From Eledone cirrhosa (taxonomy: Eukaryota), in NCBI GenBank assembly GCA_964016885.1, contig OZ024745.1:89528001-89592000 (forward strand): DNA of 64,000 bases. The letters run 5' to 3'. How positions within the stretch are numbered: position 1 is the first letter of the stretch; each line of letters begins with the position of its first letter. The position numbers and the translations under genes are program-made. This document shows, in pieces, positions 50,489 through 64,000 of this stretch. The notes under the pieces were generated by a model. That model had not been told where the DNA came from. It did not search any database and worked only from the letters and a program-made list of their open reading frames with translations.

Positions 50489-51872
50489 CTTTTCTGAATT
50501 TGTTTAGCAAGATTCTTTATCTGAAATCGTGTGTTGAAACCGATATTGTTATACTTTAGGAGGGTCATGTTGCCAATAAGAAACACACGCACCAGTTGCT
50601 TTCACTTCAATTTATTATAATAAATTTATAATAAATTTATAAATTTATAAATTTCTGGTTGGTTGGTTGGTTCCACAACCAGATAGCTGTTTACATATAG
50701 TCATAGTTCTTTCGTCACACACTCTGTGACCTCTTCAGTGACTGGGATTCCTTTCTTTGTTTCTGTGCCTCTCCTTTGTTCTGTCCTACGCCATTTTGTT
50801 TCTGTGTGTGTGTTGTGTGCTCAGTCTGCGCATGCGCCACATCCGGGTGTCTGTGTGTGTTTATGTTCATTTATTTATTTGTTTATTTACATGTTACTGG
50901 TTGGTTGTTTGTTCTATGTGTGTTTTCATTTTGTCCTTAATTGTAAGTTGTGATGTTGCTGTTCCACTCATATTTTCTATTTAATTTTGGTTGTAATACT
51001 TTTATGTTTATTGCCTCTGTATTTTGTCTAAACATTGCGTCTTTTCTGGGTGTAGATTCTATTTTTATTTCTATGTTCTCTAATTTACCCTTGTGTTCTA
51101 TTTTAGCATGTTGGTAGAGTACAGATGATTCTTTATTATCTTGAAGGTCTCGCCAGTGTTCATTTATCCGTTCCCCTACACTACGAGCTGTCTCACCTAT
51201 GTACACTATATTTTTGTCTCTACATTGTCCTTCAGTACATCTTATGCTATACACTACATTTCTAGTTTTACAGTTAATATGGGGGCTTATTTTACAGGTT
51301 ATACATTTCTTATCTATACATGAGGGTCTTTGGAACGGGTATGTCTTGCTAAAAAGTGTTTTTGTGCCAAACCCATGACTTCCAAACATCTGATCCACCG
51401 AAACTCGGCCGTTTCGGACCATACCAAAATCAACATACTGATTGCGGATTTGTTACGGGTGATGAAAAATGTGTCCCGCATGTGCAACCCCGAAGAACTA
51501 GAGAGACACATACAACACTTCATCCACCGTATGCAGTTCTCTGGCTACAATCAGAGAGATAAAATCAGAGTGTATAGAGGAGCCAGAACCAAATGGGAAA
51601 AAATGGTAAATAATGACATAAATGGGACCTGCCCCTTGTATAGGAGCAAATTTTGGAATAGAATAGAAAGAACTAGGAACAAGACTAATAGAATAAACTC
51701 ATGGTATGATAGCAATAAATACCAGAGTGTAATGTTCATCGATACAACCCCTAGAGGTGCATTAGCTTACAAATTTAGAAGGCCCCTAAATAAACATAAA
51801 CTCAATATTAAGATATTAGAAAGACCAGGTACCTCCGTAAAAACACTTATTAGCAAGACATACCCTTTTCAA
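50485..51872. mobile_element. Third copy of the Neptune-like PLE with 5' inversion (50485-51360 -, 51364-51872 +)
   Basis: The two pieces are consecutive parts of the ORF in opposite orientation. Confidence 0.9.
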
Positions 51873-52224
51873 TGCTGACAAATTGTTCACAGTTGAAAAA
51901 TGGTTTAATTAGGAATAAAAGAGTTTTAGTGATTGTATGGGTTAGTATTTAATTGTGATTTTAAGTTTTTAAGATTTTACCGGTTGCGCATTTCTAAATG
52001 CTTTTCAAAAATAATTTTGAGATAGAGTGTCCGTGTTGTTTGCTCTAATCTGATTAGTTTTGGGAATTCTACCTGTTTTTATGTTAAAAAAGTGGCTCCA
52101 GCGTTACTTTGGTGTTGCAAAAATTCTTGTGGTCAAAACAATTTTGATTGGTCGGTAGAGGTCATGTGAATGTAAAAAATTGATTTGGCGCCAAGACTGT
52201 TTTTATGTTAAAAAATTCCGTTTA

Positions 52225-52285
<61 letters not shown>

Positions 52286-52415
52286 GTATATGTAGGAGGT
52301 GAGTTTTATTGTAGTACAATAAAGCAATGCAGATATCGGATAAGTAGCACTCTACAGTTTGTAGGACTGGAGTATAAATTATATAGGATCAAAAGATGGT
52401 TAAAAGAGTTCGATG

Positions 52416-52486
52416 TATTTTATTATGCTCATTTCAAAAACAAATATCATCATGAGATGACATTTGCGTTTTCGTCAGCTGAAATA
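52416..52486 (-). ncRNA. Type I HHR
   Basis: CTGACGA-AAAC-GCAAATGTCATC/GATGATATTTGT-TTTT-GAAA-TGAGCA-TA; stem I partly decayed (intact in the 3152 copy). Confidence 0.68.
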
Positions 52487-53122
52487 GGGATACATGATAT
52501 GAAGGTTAAAAAACACTTGTGAATAGTGAAGTTTTAAATCAACATATGAAAATAATTTAAGATTGCTGTGTGATATTGGGAAAAAATGAGGGGGGGTGGG
52601 GTGGAAAGGATGAAAAAGAGGAGGAGATGAGAGTAAAGTATGGTGGGGAAGGAGTATATTAAGGAAGGAAGAGATAGGAGGAGAGAGATAGCCTTTATAA
52701 CTGAGAAAAATATATAGTTTCACAGAGAGAGGTTAAAAAGCCGTTGGAAGATAATATATAATTTAAAAGTATTTGAAAAATGATGAAGAGAAAAGAATTA
52801 AGAATAATATTAAATTAAGGTTTGTATATTGAAGGGTTTAATAATATTTACGATGAAAAGAAATTGTTAATATGTATTATTAAAATAAAAATATTAATGT
52901 TATTAAGGATATAAGGTGAAAAGAAGTAGAAGAGTGGATGAATTATGAATTTAGAGGAATTAGTTAGTGTTTAAGTTTGTTTTTATGTATGCGTAATATA
53001 TGTAAATAGTTTGTTTACAAATGAGCGCAGAAAGCAAAGAAGAAAATAGTGTTGGAGGAAGAGAAGACTCTAACATCAACATATATATGTTTATGACGTA
53101 TTTTCTAATGGTAATAATATAA

Positions 53123-54007
53123 TGTAAAAATATAATCTGGTATAATGCTCCTTTCTCTATTTCTATTAATAATAATATTCCTAAATTATTCTTTAGTGCT
53201 TTAAATAAATGCTTCCCTCAATCACATATCTATAGTAAAATATTTAACAAACATACAATAAAATGTTCCTATTCCACTTCCTCCAACATCTCCAACATTA
53301 TCTCTAAACACAACAATAGAATATTAAATACTAATTCACTTCCTTCCAACACTGAATGGCATAATAATAGCAGTAGTACTCCCGACGTCATTGTTAACTC
53401 TAGGCTAGTTTCGGCAAACCCAAATCCGACGTCAAACGTAACTTCGTCAAATGTTCCTAATACCAATCTAAATCAGGAAAAAACTATTCCTATCGTAAAT
53501 AACTTCTCCAATCCAATTCCTCCTATAGATAACACTAGGTCACTTGTTAATAACTCTGTTAATTTCTCTAATCGCAATTGCAATTGCCCTGTTAAAAATA
53601 AATGTTCTCTCAACAACCATTGTCTTGAAAAAAACTTAGTCTATGAATGTAAAGTTATAAATGATACCAATTCCTTTACCTATTTCGGCTCCACTTCCAC
53701 CTCCTTTAAAGCTAGTTTTTATAATCACAATTCTTCATTTAAATACCAACTTAAAAGAACCAACATGGCACTCTCAGAACTCATATGGTCCTTGAAAGAC
53801 AAAAATATTAACTATAACTTCTCTTGGAGGAAAGTTTGTTCTGCCTCTCCGTACTTGAATGCCTCTCTATCCAGAACATGTAATCTTTGTTTATCTGAGA
53901 AATTTACCATTATATCTAATTTAGATTCTATAATAAATAGACGCACTGACTTATTCTCTATCTGCTTGCATAAATTCCACAGAACATTCCATAAAGTATA
54001 CAGCTAA
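53123..54007 (+). pseudogene. Uninterrupted 5'-truncated PLE reading frame (linker + GIY-YIG), mostly missed by the ORF track for lack of a start codon
   Basis: Manual translation: IIWYNAPFS..KCFPQSHIYSKIFN..KCSYSTSSN..CNCPVKNKCSL..LVYECKV..YFGSTSTSFK..ALSELIWSLK..CNLCLSEK..CLH. Confidence 0.88.
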
Positions 54008-55167
54008 TATCTAATACTTTACCAATTTAAAATCCTTTTTCTCAAAGGCTTATATATATATATATTTCTTTTAAAATATACCCATCTTTCTACCTTATTT
54101 CAATATTATTTATTATACATTATATAATACTAGTTACTCATTCTATATCATTCCTAATTATCACTTTCCTTTCTTCCTCTTTTCTTTTAATTGCTAACCA
54201 CTAATCTGTACTTTTTCTTCCTAAATACTTCTCAATTCTTATTATTAATCACCACAACTCTTCCATCTTTCTTCATATCATTGGCCATAAAAATTATTAT
54301 TACCTTTTAAATACTTTATAGCATTACCTTTAAAAATCCTTCGTAAACATAAACATTTTTTTGACGTTAGATTATTCCTCCTCAGTACATTATATTTTTC
54401 TCCCTTTCATGCTCGTCTGACTTTTACATATTACATATCACAATACATAAAAACAAACTTAAACCCTAACTAATCTCCTTTATTACATTTTATTATTACC
54501 ATTAGAAAATACATTATAAACATATATATGTTGATGTTAGAGTCTTCTCTTCCTTAAACACTATTTTATTTGCTTTCTGCGCTCATTTGTAAACAAACTA
54601 TTTACATATATTAAAATACATATTACATTACATAAAAACAAACTTAAACACTAACTAATTCCTCTAAATTCATAATTCATCCACTCTTCTACTTCTTTTC
54701 ACCTTATATCCTTAATAACATTAATGTTTCTTTTCATCGTACATATTATTAAACCCTTCAATATACAAACCTTAATTTAATATTATTCTTAATTTTTTTC
54801 TCTTCATCAATTTTCAAATTCTTTTAAATTATATATTATCTTCCAACGCCTTTTTAACCTCTCTCTGTGAAACAATATATATTTTTCTCAGTTATAAAGG
54901 CTATCTCTCTCTTTCTATCACCCATCTCTCCTCCTATCTCATCCTTCCTTATTATACTCCTCCCCACCATTCTTTACTCTCATCTCCTCCTCTTTTTCAT
55001 CCTTCCCCCCCCCCACCACTCATTTTTTCCCAATATCCCACATCAATCTTAAATTAATTTTCATATGTTGATTTAAAACTTCACTATTCACGGGTGTTGT
55101 TTAACCTTCATATCATGTATCTCTATTTCATCTGACGAAAACGCAAATGTCATCTCATGATGATATT

Positions 55168-56285
<1,118 letters not shown>

Positions 56286-56604
56286 GTATATATATATATA
56301 TCTAAGTTCCAAATTAAGATAAAATGAATTAAATGAATTTAATCTAAATCGAAATCATGGGTGTCATGACATAATGCATGCGCCATATATGCTTTGAATT
56401 TAAGCTCAAATTCTGTAAGCACGAATAGCTGGAAATTATTACTTTCCTTGTTGACAATCCAATAATATCCACTTTCCGTGACTTACCATCTGATTTATTG
56501 GTGAAATATATTTCTTTAATGGGATATATACAAGGAAAGGTTAATCACTCTTAAAGGTAAATATTGCCTATACTAGCTATGCGTTGTTACACGCGAGCAA
56601 AAAG

Positions 56605-57036
<432 letters not shown>

Positions 57037-57089
57037 ATTTCATATATATATATACACATATACACACTTATATATATATATATTTATGA

Positions 57090-59667
57090 AAATAACAGAT
57101 TAAAGTTTAAGCAAAGAATCGCTGCTTTCACCCTTAACGGGATCTTTTGAAACTAACAAAGTCAATCTGTAAACGCAGAAGTGAATATTTGAAAAAACGT
57201 TGCAACCGGAGGAAGACAGGAAGACGATACTTTGGTTCGTGGAAACGTTCCCTGGCAAAGAACGGGAAAAAACGAATATAATACGTCATTAATTGGAGCG
57301 GTGAAAAACAATTACACGCAAAGACAGAACCCCGATTATGGTATAAAAGATGTCGTAGACTAATATTCTCTTAGGTGGTTCATAGAGACGTTCTCTGGTA
57401 ATGGACAAAAAAACGAAGATAATACGTCATATGTGGACCGTGGAGAACAATTGCATGCAAAGACAAAACCACGTAAATGGTATAACAGAAGTCGTAGACT
57501 AAAATTCTAACTAGGAAACTGAATGATTCTCCGCTTCAGAGTTAGGAAGAAAGTAAATAAAATACAGAGGTAATGGAATTAAATAAATACCTACAGTCAC
57601 CCAAATACGTACATACACAAGCATACGCGAAAACACTCGCCATAGGTATACAAATGCACGCACATATAAATATGTGTGTGTGTGTGCGTGTATACAAATA
57701 ATTAAATAAACGTATATAAATAAATAAATACGTATATAACAAGCGCACACACATACCTACATGTAAATACATAAATGTTCGGAGACGCACGTCAACAAAA
57801 ACAAGAAGTACATATATACACACCCTACATACGTACGAACCCGCATACTCACACAGACGCAAAACTCATGTATACACATAACCGAAAGCATATGTACCAG
57901 AATATATAAAAATATACGCCATAATATATACAATCAAATATACGTATGAGAAAGTATACGTACCTTCACAAAACATACAGGTATATATATACTTACCTAT
58001 GCAAATAAGTAATGGAATAAACATAACATATACTTAGTTATCAAATCAAGACGTAAAATATCCGCGTATAGATCGAACTATCCGTTAAGGTATAATGTGG
58101 GCCTGTAATACAGGAAAGTTTTGTGCAATTTATGTTTACAAGCAGAAATTGCCTCAGATTTTTTGTTTAAGATGTGGTCTGTGGCGGAGAGTATTTCCAG
58201 GGCCTCAGCGGCGCAGAGTTCACGTGGTCTTTTATTTCCGTTATACGATCTAGCCCTAGCTAGGATCTCCCAGTGTAACTTATATTGGGTGTGGTTGTCT
58301 TTTAGACTCCAGATATAAGCTGAAAGTGACGTTATATTCATTCTTAGAGGGTAACGAAAAGAATGGATATGCATGTAAAGACGCGGCTTGAATCTATTGG
58401 CGGTTAACCCTATGTAGGCCCTACGGGACGTGGATGTTTTAACCTTACATTTGTAGAAAATGTTACTAGAGAGGCATTTCCCGGATAGGGGGCAATCAAC
58501 CCGATTCCTACAATTACAGTAAGTACTAACTACAGAGTTGCACGTGTTCCTACGGCTAGGTAGTTTAGCTAAATATGAAGCTGTGATGTTATGTGCAAGG
58601 TTAGGAGTCGTAGAGTAAGAAATGTTAATAGTATTTCTATTAAAGATTTTACTATATTTATGTGTAGGGGGAAAATGCTTCGTAATAAGGGAAAGAAAGA
58701 TCTTAGCTAATGGTGTGGCCCCCTCCATATTATATGGTGGGTTATACCATATAATACGTTGGGATCTATTTCTTCTAGGTCTTTTCTCGTACTCTGTATA
58801 TGCTACCTTATCGACAAATCCACTTCGAGCAAGAGCTTCATTGTAATATGTGGAATGGTCGTTGAAAATATGCTCGTTAGTAGATTGACGGGAAAGCCTC
58901 AACGAAACGTTTCTTACCAGGTTCTTGGTTATGCTGGCAATGATGGTTGGAATGCTTACTTATGTAATTAAGCGTATCATTCGGCTTTCTATACGGGTAA
59001 TACAAGCCATTTGATAAATTGAGGGTAACGTCGAGGTAATTAACGACCGAGAGGTTGGCCTCAAACTGTATAGAGAGGTTGAAGCCTTTAAAGAAGGCTG
59101 TGAGTTCTTTTCTGAACCTATCGCAAGTACGAGGGCCGCACTTAATCATGGTCAAAAGACCATCATCACGGTACATACGACCGCCCGCGTTGGGGAATTC
59201 GTCCTTGATAGAGAAAAGAAGGAAAAGGCTGATAAGATCAGTAACCTCCGCAGAATCGCTGGCGCCCATACTAACAACGAAAGGGGTACTATTGGATTTT
59301 TTAATCCAAATAGAGTCGTCGAAATTAATCACTGACTTACGGGCATTGGGGATGACATCAACTTCGAAATCCTTAACCACTGTGAGTGTTTTAGCGAAAT
59401 TGATAGCTCTAAGGAGTAGTGGTAAAGTGATGGAGGAGTAGTAATTATTGATGTCGAATTGGATAAAACGGCAATGTTCCTTGTTGCATATGCCGTTGAA
59501 CCAATTAATCACCGCGAAAGAATTGTTCCACAGTGCAAGAGGGGCCAAACCGCTAATTTCAGGTATAATTCTATCAAGAATCCTTTTACTCAGTCTACCT
59601 AAATCGGACTTCGTCGGGTTAATAAGCCGAATAGAAGGGTTGTTCGGAAAATTGGGCGCTACGATTC
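57090..59667 (-). mobile_element. Longest PLE copy of the YRDD/WYNPP type: RT + GIY-YIG + 3' UTR with decayed A4-variant HHR (57095-57170)
   Basis: [76 protein letters not shown]; one frameshift near 58900. Confidence 0.94.
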
Positions 59668-59738
59668 TTATATATTTGATATATATTTATCCTTATCGAG
59701 CCCTCTTTGGATTTTAGTCTTCGAATTTATTATTATTG

Positions 59739-59788
<50 letters not shown>

Positions 59789-59791
59789 ATA

Positions 59792-59907
<116 letters not shown>

Positions 59908-60178
59908 TATATACATCAAAGGTATATATTGAGTTAGGAACTCAAAATAGTCTCTTACAATCAAATAGCTCTAAGAAAGAGATTTTTCCGAGCCGTATAT
60001 TATAATTGAATATAAAAGAAAAACAAACACAGATATATACATATATGTGTTCAAATCGCAAGGGATCAGATTCGCTAAGGTGAAAAGAATACTAACTCTA
60101 GACAATAGGGTTTGCCTGTCTCAATTTAAGAAAAAAATCAAGAAAATAATTACAAATCGGAATTGTGATAACTACCAA

Positions 60179-60258
60179 TCACCCAGACAGCTTGGTGTTG
60201 TTTCGCAATACTAATTAATTGTGAATAGAAATACCAATTCTTGCTCATCAGTGGGTGA
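60179..60258 (-). ncRNA. Canonical type I HHR (GUC)
   Basis: TCACCCA-CTGATGA-GCAA..TTGC-GAAAC..GTC-TGGGTGA. Confidence 0.88.
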
Positions 60259-60460
60259 CAAATTATTTCCTAACTCAAAATATACCATTGAAATATTCGG
60301 CACTGCTAATTGGGTGAGCTATTTCAAATGTCGAATAAACCTGGCTACTATTTTTAGTGGTGCAAGTTTGTGAGACACGCTAAGATACCATGTGCGTTAT
60401 TATATATAGCACACTATTCAGTTACTTAATATACTTAGAAGTTTCTAGGATACTAATTTG

Positions 60461-60540
60461 TCACCCACTGATGAGCAAGAATTGTTATTTCTATTCACAA
60501 TTAATTAGTATTGCGAAACAACACCAAGCTGTCTGCGTGA
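60461..60540 (+). ncRNA. Canonical type I HHR (GUC)
   Basis: As above with one stem I mismatch. Confidence 0.84.
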
Positions 60541-60799
60541 TTGGTAGTTACCACAATTCCGGTTTGTAATTATTTTCTTGATTTTTCTTAAAGTGAGATA
60601 GGCAAACCCTATTGTCTATAGTTAGTATTCTTTTCACCTGAGCGAATCTGGTGCCTTGCGATTTGAACACATATATGTATATATCTGTGTTCGTTTTTCT
60701 TTTATATTCAATTATATATATATATAAGATGTCTGAATATATATATAAGATGTCTGAATTACTGTTGGCTTCTTACTTACATCAATTTCTCTATTCACA

Positions 60800-60984
60800 A
60801 GGGCGGTGGATTGGCAGTATTGGTAGAGTGTCGGACACCATGCTTTGCAGCATACGTCCCTTTATGATCTGAGTCCAAATCCTGCCGAGGTTAACTTTGC
60901 TTTTCATCCTTACGGGGTTGATAAAATAAAGTACCAGTAATGCACTGGATAATTGCTGGCCTTGTGCCAAAAGTAGAAACAATT
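60800..60984 (+). mobile_element. tRNA-derived SINE
   Basis: SINE consensus, head to tail. Confidence 0.85.
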
Positions 60985-61679
60985 AATTTCTCTATTTTCA
61001 TTTATATATTTATACTCGGAATTTTTCCTTGAGTGCTTAAAATTATTTGTGACTAATCCCAGTTTTTTTAAACCACGATAATATTGCTTTATGCTGAACT
61101 TCATATCTTTTGTTGAGTTTTTTTTTTCGGAATGTTTTGACTGCTGTTTCTTGTAAACAGACATTCGCCTCATTCTGATGTCACTAGCCCTGTCTCTGTG
61201 TGTGTTTATTAATTCAATTCCACACGAGGTTTGACTAGCCTGCTTTTAAATTCCCCTCTGGCATATTTTAGCTGTGTGTCTTAGTTAACGTATGGAGCAC
61301 TACTGACGAACGATGCCAACCGTGACTAACCCCACTGAAAAGTTTCGTGAAATAATCTTTTTAAGTCTATATAGTGTATTTGTAGATTTTTCCAAACTGA
61401 CGGATAAGTATTTACTCTTAATTTTATTTTGAGTTAAGATTCTATTGGTTTTTTTCCCGGATTACACAAAATCTGTGGATCAAATTTCTGGTCTTGACTT
61501 GTTTTGAATTGGGATTAAATTATTTTCCCATATCTTACATTAAATATTTTTCATCTTAACGTAATAGTCACTTATATGTCTGAATTACTGTTGGCTTCTT
61601 GCTTACATTAATTTCAATATTTTCATATATATATATGTTTGTTACCTCAAAAGGAACCCCCCCCCCCCCCGCCCTTCAC

Positions 61680-61880
61680 GCTTAAATGGAAAGTACTCCG
61701 GAAGCGCGCTCATACAACGGAGGATACAAGTGCTGCGACCTTTGTATCTCAGAGAGCTACGAAATTTTATTCGCCAAGAGCCTGCTACTGAACAAACTCT
61801 CTGAACACTGCCCGAACGGCATGCACAAAAACTTTGCAAATTTCAAATACCTTAAGCCAGTGTTAATGCCCGATGGCTAA
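61680..61880 (+). pseudogene. PLE GIY-YIG C-terminal remnant
   Basis: ARSYNGGYKCCDLCISESYEILFAKSLLLNKLSE. Confidence 0.75.
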
Positions 61881-62079
61881 AAACGACTTCCCCTTTTTTA
61901 TTTTTTAAACGCCAGCCGACAAAATAGCCCCTCTACCTCCTTCCCACCCAACCCCTCCTCAACCTGAAACATGGCACTATGGTTATGTAAGTACCTCTTA
62001 CCTATCTGCATTTTCTGCTTGTAGAGCTGTCTTTATGTGCCTCTGTATATGCGTGTATTTATGAGTACATGTTTAAGAT

Positions 62080-62696
62080 AAAATGTGGTTGTCTTTTAGA
62101 CTCCAGATATAAGCTGAAAGTGACGTCATATTCCTTCTTAGAGGGTAACGAAAAGAATGGGTATGCATGTAAAGACGCTGCTTGAATCTATTGGCGGTTA
62201 ACCCTATGTAGGCCCTACGGGACGTGGGTGTTACAACCTTACATTTGTAGACAATGTTACTAGAGAGGCATTTCCCGGATAGGGGGCAATCAACCCGATT
62301 CCTACAATTACAGTAAGTACTAACTACAGGGTTGCACGTGTTCCTACGGCTAGGTAGTTTAGCTAAATTTGAAGCTGTGATATTATGTGCAAGGTTAGGA
62401 GTCGTAGAGTAAGAAATTTTAATAGTATTTCTATTAAAAATGTTACTATATTTATGTGTAGAGGGAAAATGCTTCGTAATAAGGGAAAGAAAGATCTTAG
62501 CTAATGGTGTGGCCACCTCCATATTATATGGTGGGTTATACCAACAAATGCGACGGGATCTATTTCTTCGAGGTCTATTTTCGTACTCTGTATATGCTAC
62601 CTTATCGACAAATCCACTTCGAGCAAGAGCTTCATTGTAATAAGTGGAATGGTCGTTGAAAATACGCTCGTTGGTGGAAAGACGGGAAAGCCTCAA
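62080..62696 (-). pseudogene. Internal PLE fragment of the 57-kb family
   Basis: Near-identical protein to 58078-58902. Confidence 0.92.
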
Positions 62697-62832
62697 TATA
62701 TGTATATATATATGTATATATATATATATGTATGATTGTATATATGTATATATATGTATATGTATATATGTGTATATATATATATATGTGTGTATATATA
62801 TACATATATATATATGCGTGTGTGTATGTGTA

Positions 62833-62900
<68 letters not shown>

Positions 62901-62901
<1 letters not shown>

Positions 62902-63046
62902 GAGGGAAACCTAAGGGCAGCAGCAACAAACTCCCTCTTACATCAGTGGCCAACCTATACAGGCTGGAGATAAAATGCGTAGCAACAAGTGCGGTGCTCC
63001 AGCATGGCCTCAGCCGGATGGCTGAAACAGGTAAAAGAGTAAAAGA

Positions 63047-63049
<3 letters not shown>
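62901..63049 (+). mobile_element. 3' part of a second SINE family
   Basis: gtgctccagcatggcc..gctgaaacaggtaaaagagtaaaagag tail with short tandem repeat, recalled from octopus SINEs. Confidence 0.5.
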
Positions 63050-63111
<62 letters not shown>

Positions 63112-63500
63112 CGTGTGTGTCTGTGTGTATGTGTGTGTATGCATATGTACATATATTGGTTCGCCTTTTTTCTCTTTCTCGTCTACGATTTCACAGAACT
63201 TATGTTCACCGAATTCACAGACTAGATTCCTTCTTCCTCCCGTTAGACCTGTACGGATTTCCTTCCTTGCTCACATTCCAACCAGGTTTGATGGTCTTTA
63301 CTCTCTCTCGTTCACGATTTCACCGAACTTATATTCATGGAATTTGGGATTTGACTCGTTCTTCCTCACTTTTCGTTGCTTCATCATCTTTGTTTCTTTA
63401 CACTCTCGCTGTCCCTTTTATTTACGTGTCCCAACGACTGTTTTTAGCCGTTGCTCGCACCAACCGGAGGTATATGGTCATTAAAGCGAAGAAATACCTG

Positions 63501-63536
63501 TGATGGTTGGAAGATCACTGATGAAGGACCACTTTA

Positions 63537-63595
<59 letters not shown>

Positions 63596-63680
63596 ATGAG
63601 TAGAAAGAAGAATACTGCGTGGTTAAACATAGGTTACATATGATAAAAATAGTCCTTCGTCAGTGATTTTCCAACCATCA
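63501..63680. repeat. ~28-bp inverted repeat around (TA)n, each arm carrying the 5' half of an HHR core
   Basis: tgatggttggaagatcaCTGATGAaggac / gtcctTCGTCAGtgattttccaaccatca. Confidence 0.6.
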
Positions 63681-63781
63681 TTGGTATTTCATATAGATAT
63701 ATATATATAGTAATAATAATAAATTTGAATATGTGTGTGTGTGTGTGTTTGCTTCTATATGCATGTATATGTATATATATA

Positions 63782-63834
<53 letters not shown>

Positions 63835-63841
63835 TTATATG

Positions 63842-63918
<77 letters not shown>

Positions 63919-63932
63919 ATATGTATGTATGT

Positions 63933-63974
<42 letters not shown>

Positions 63975-64000
63975 ATATATATGCGGATGTGTGTATATGT

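Larger units (their letters stand above)
59917..60716. mobile_element. Inverted arrangement of the 508-bp HHR unit
   Basis: 59917-60265 (-) joined to 60269-60716 (+); flanked by (TA)n. Confidence 0.85.

Noticed and set aside
51875-51912. HHR in the ~195-bp dispersed repeat (CTGACAA..GAAA)
   Set aside because: C3·A8 mismatch in all copies and no credible stem I or III.
56572-56604. Second Helitron 3' end (actagctatgcg...cgcg)
   Set aside because: No matching 5' TC terminus or body could be identified.
61298-61368. Possible HHR (CTGACGA-ACGA..TCGT-GAAA)
   Set aside because: Stem I and III pairing too weak and no second copy to support it.

Overview
AT-rich, microsatellite-laden animal genomic DNA. 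The SINE families and (TA)n/(CA)n load suggest an octopod cephalopod (inference). No host protein-coding exon could be supported; most track ORFs are read-throughs of microsatellites. The window is a dense nest of retroelements: about 12 truncated Penelope-like elements (PLEs; RT plus C-terminal GIY-YIG) from many families, often arranged as large inverted repeats and ending in (TA)n. It also holds an RTE-type LINE fragment, a decayed R4/Dong-like RT, about 15 tRNA-derived SINE copies and a non-autonomous Helitron. Reading both strands by hand gives about 36 type I hammerhead ribozyme (HHR) folds in about 14 unrelated sequence families, mostly at PLE 3' ends or in non-coding ~500-650 bp units. 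One is a near-perfect 3.5-copy 558-bp retrozyme-like array (18569-20600). Several HHRs carry recurrent non-canonical cores: a C·A mismatch at the base of stem II together with a GUU cleavage triplet in three unrelated families, a compensated U3-A8 pair, an A4 variant, and a one-pair stem III with a GAAC loop. All folds were assigned by eye and none has been tested for activity.
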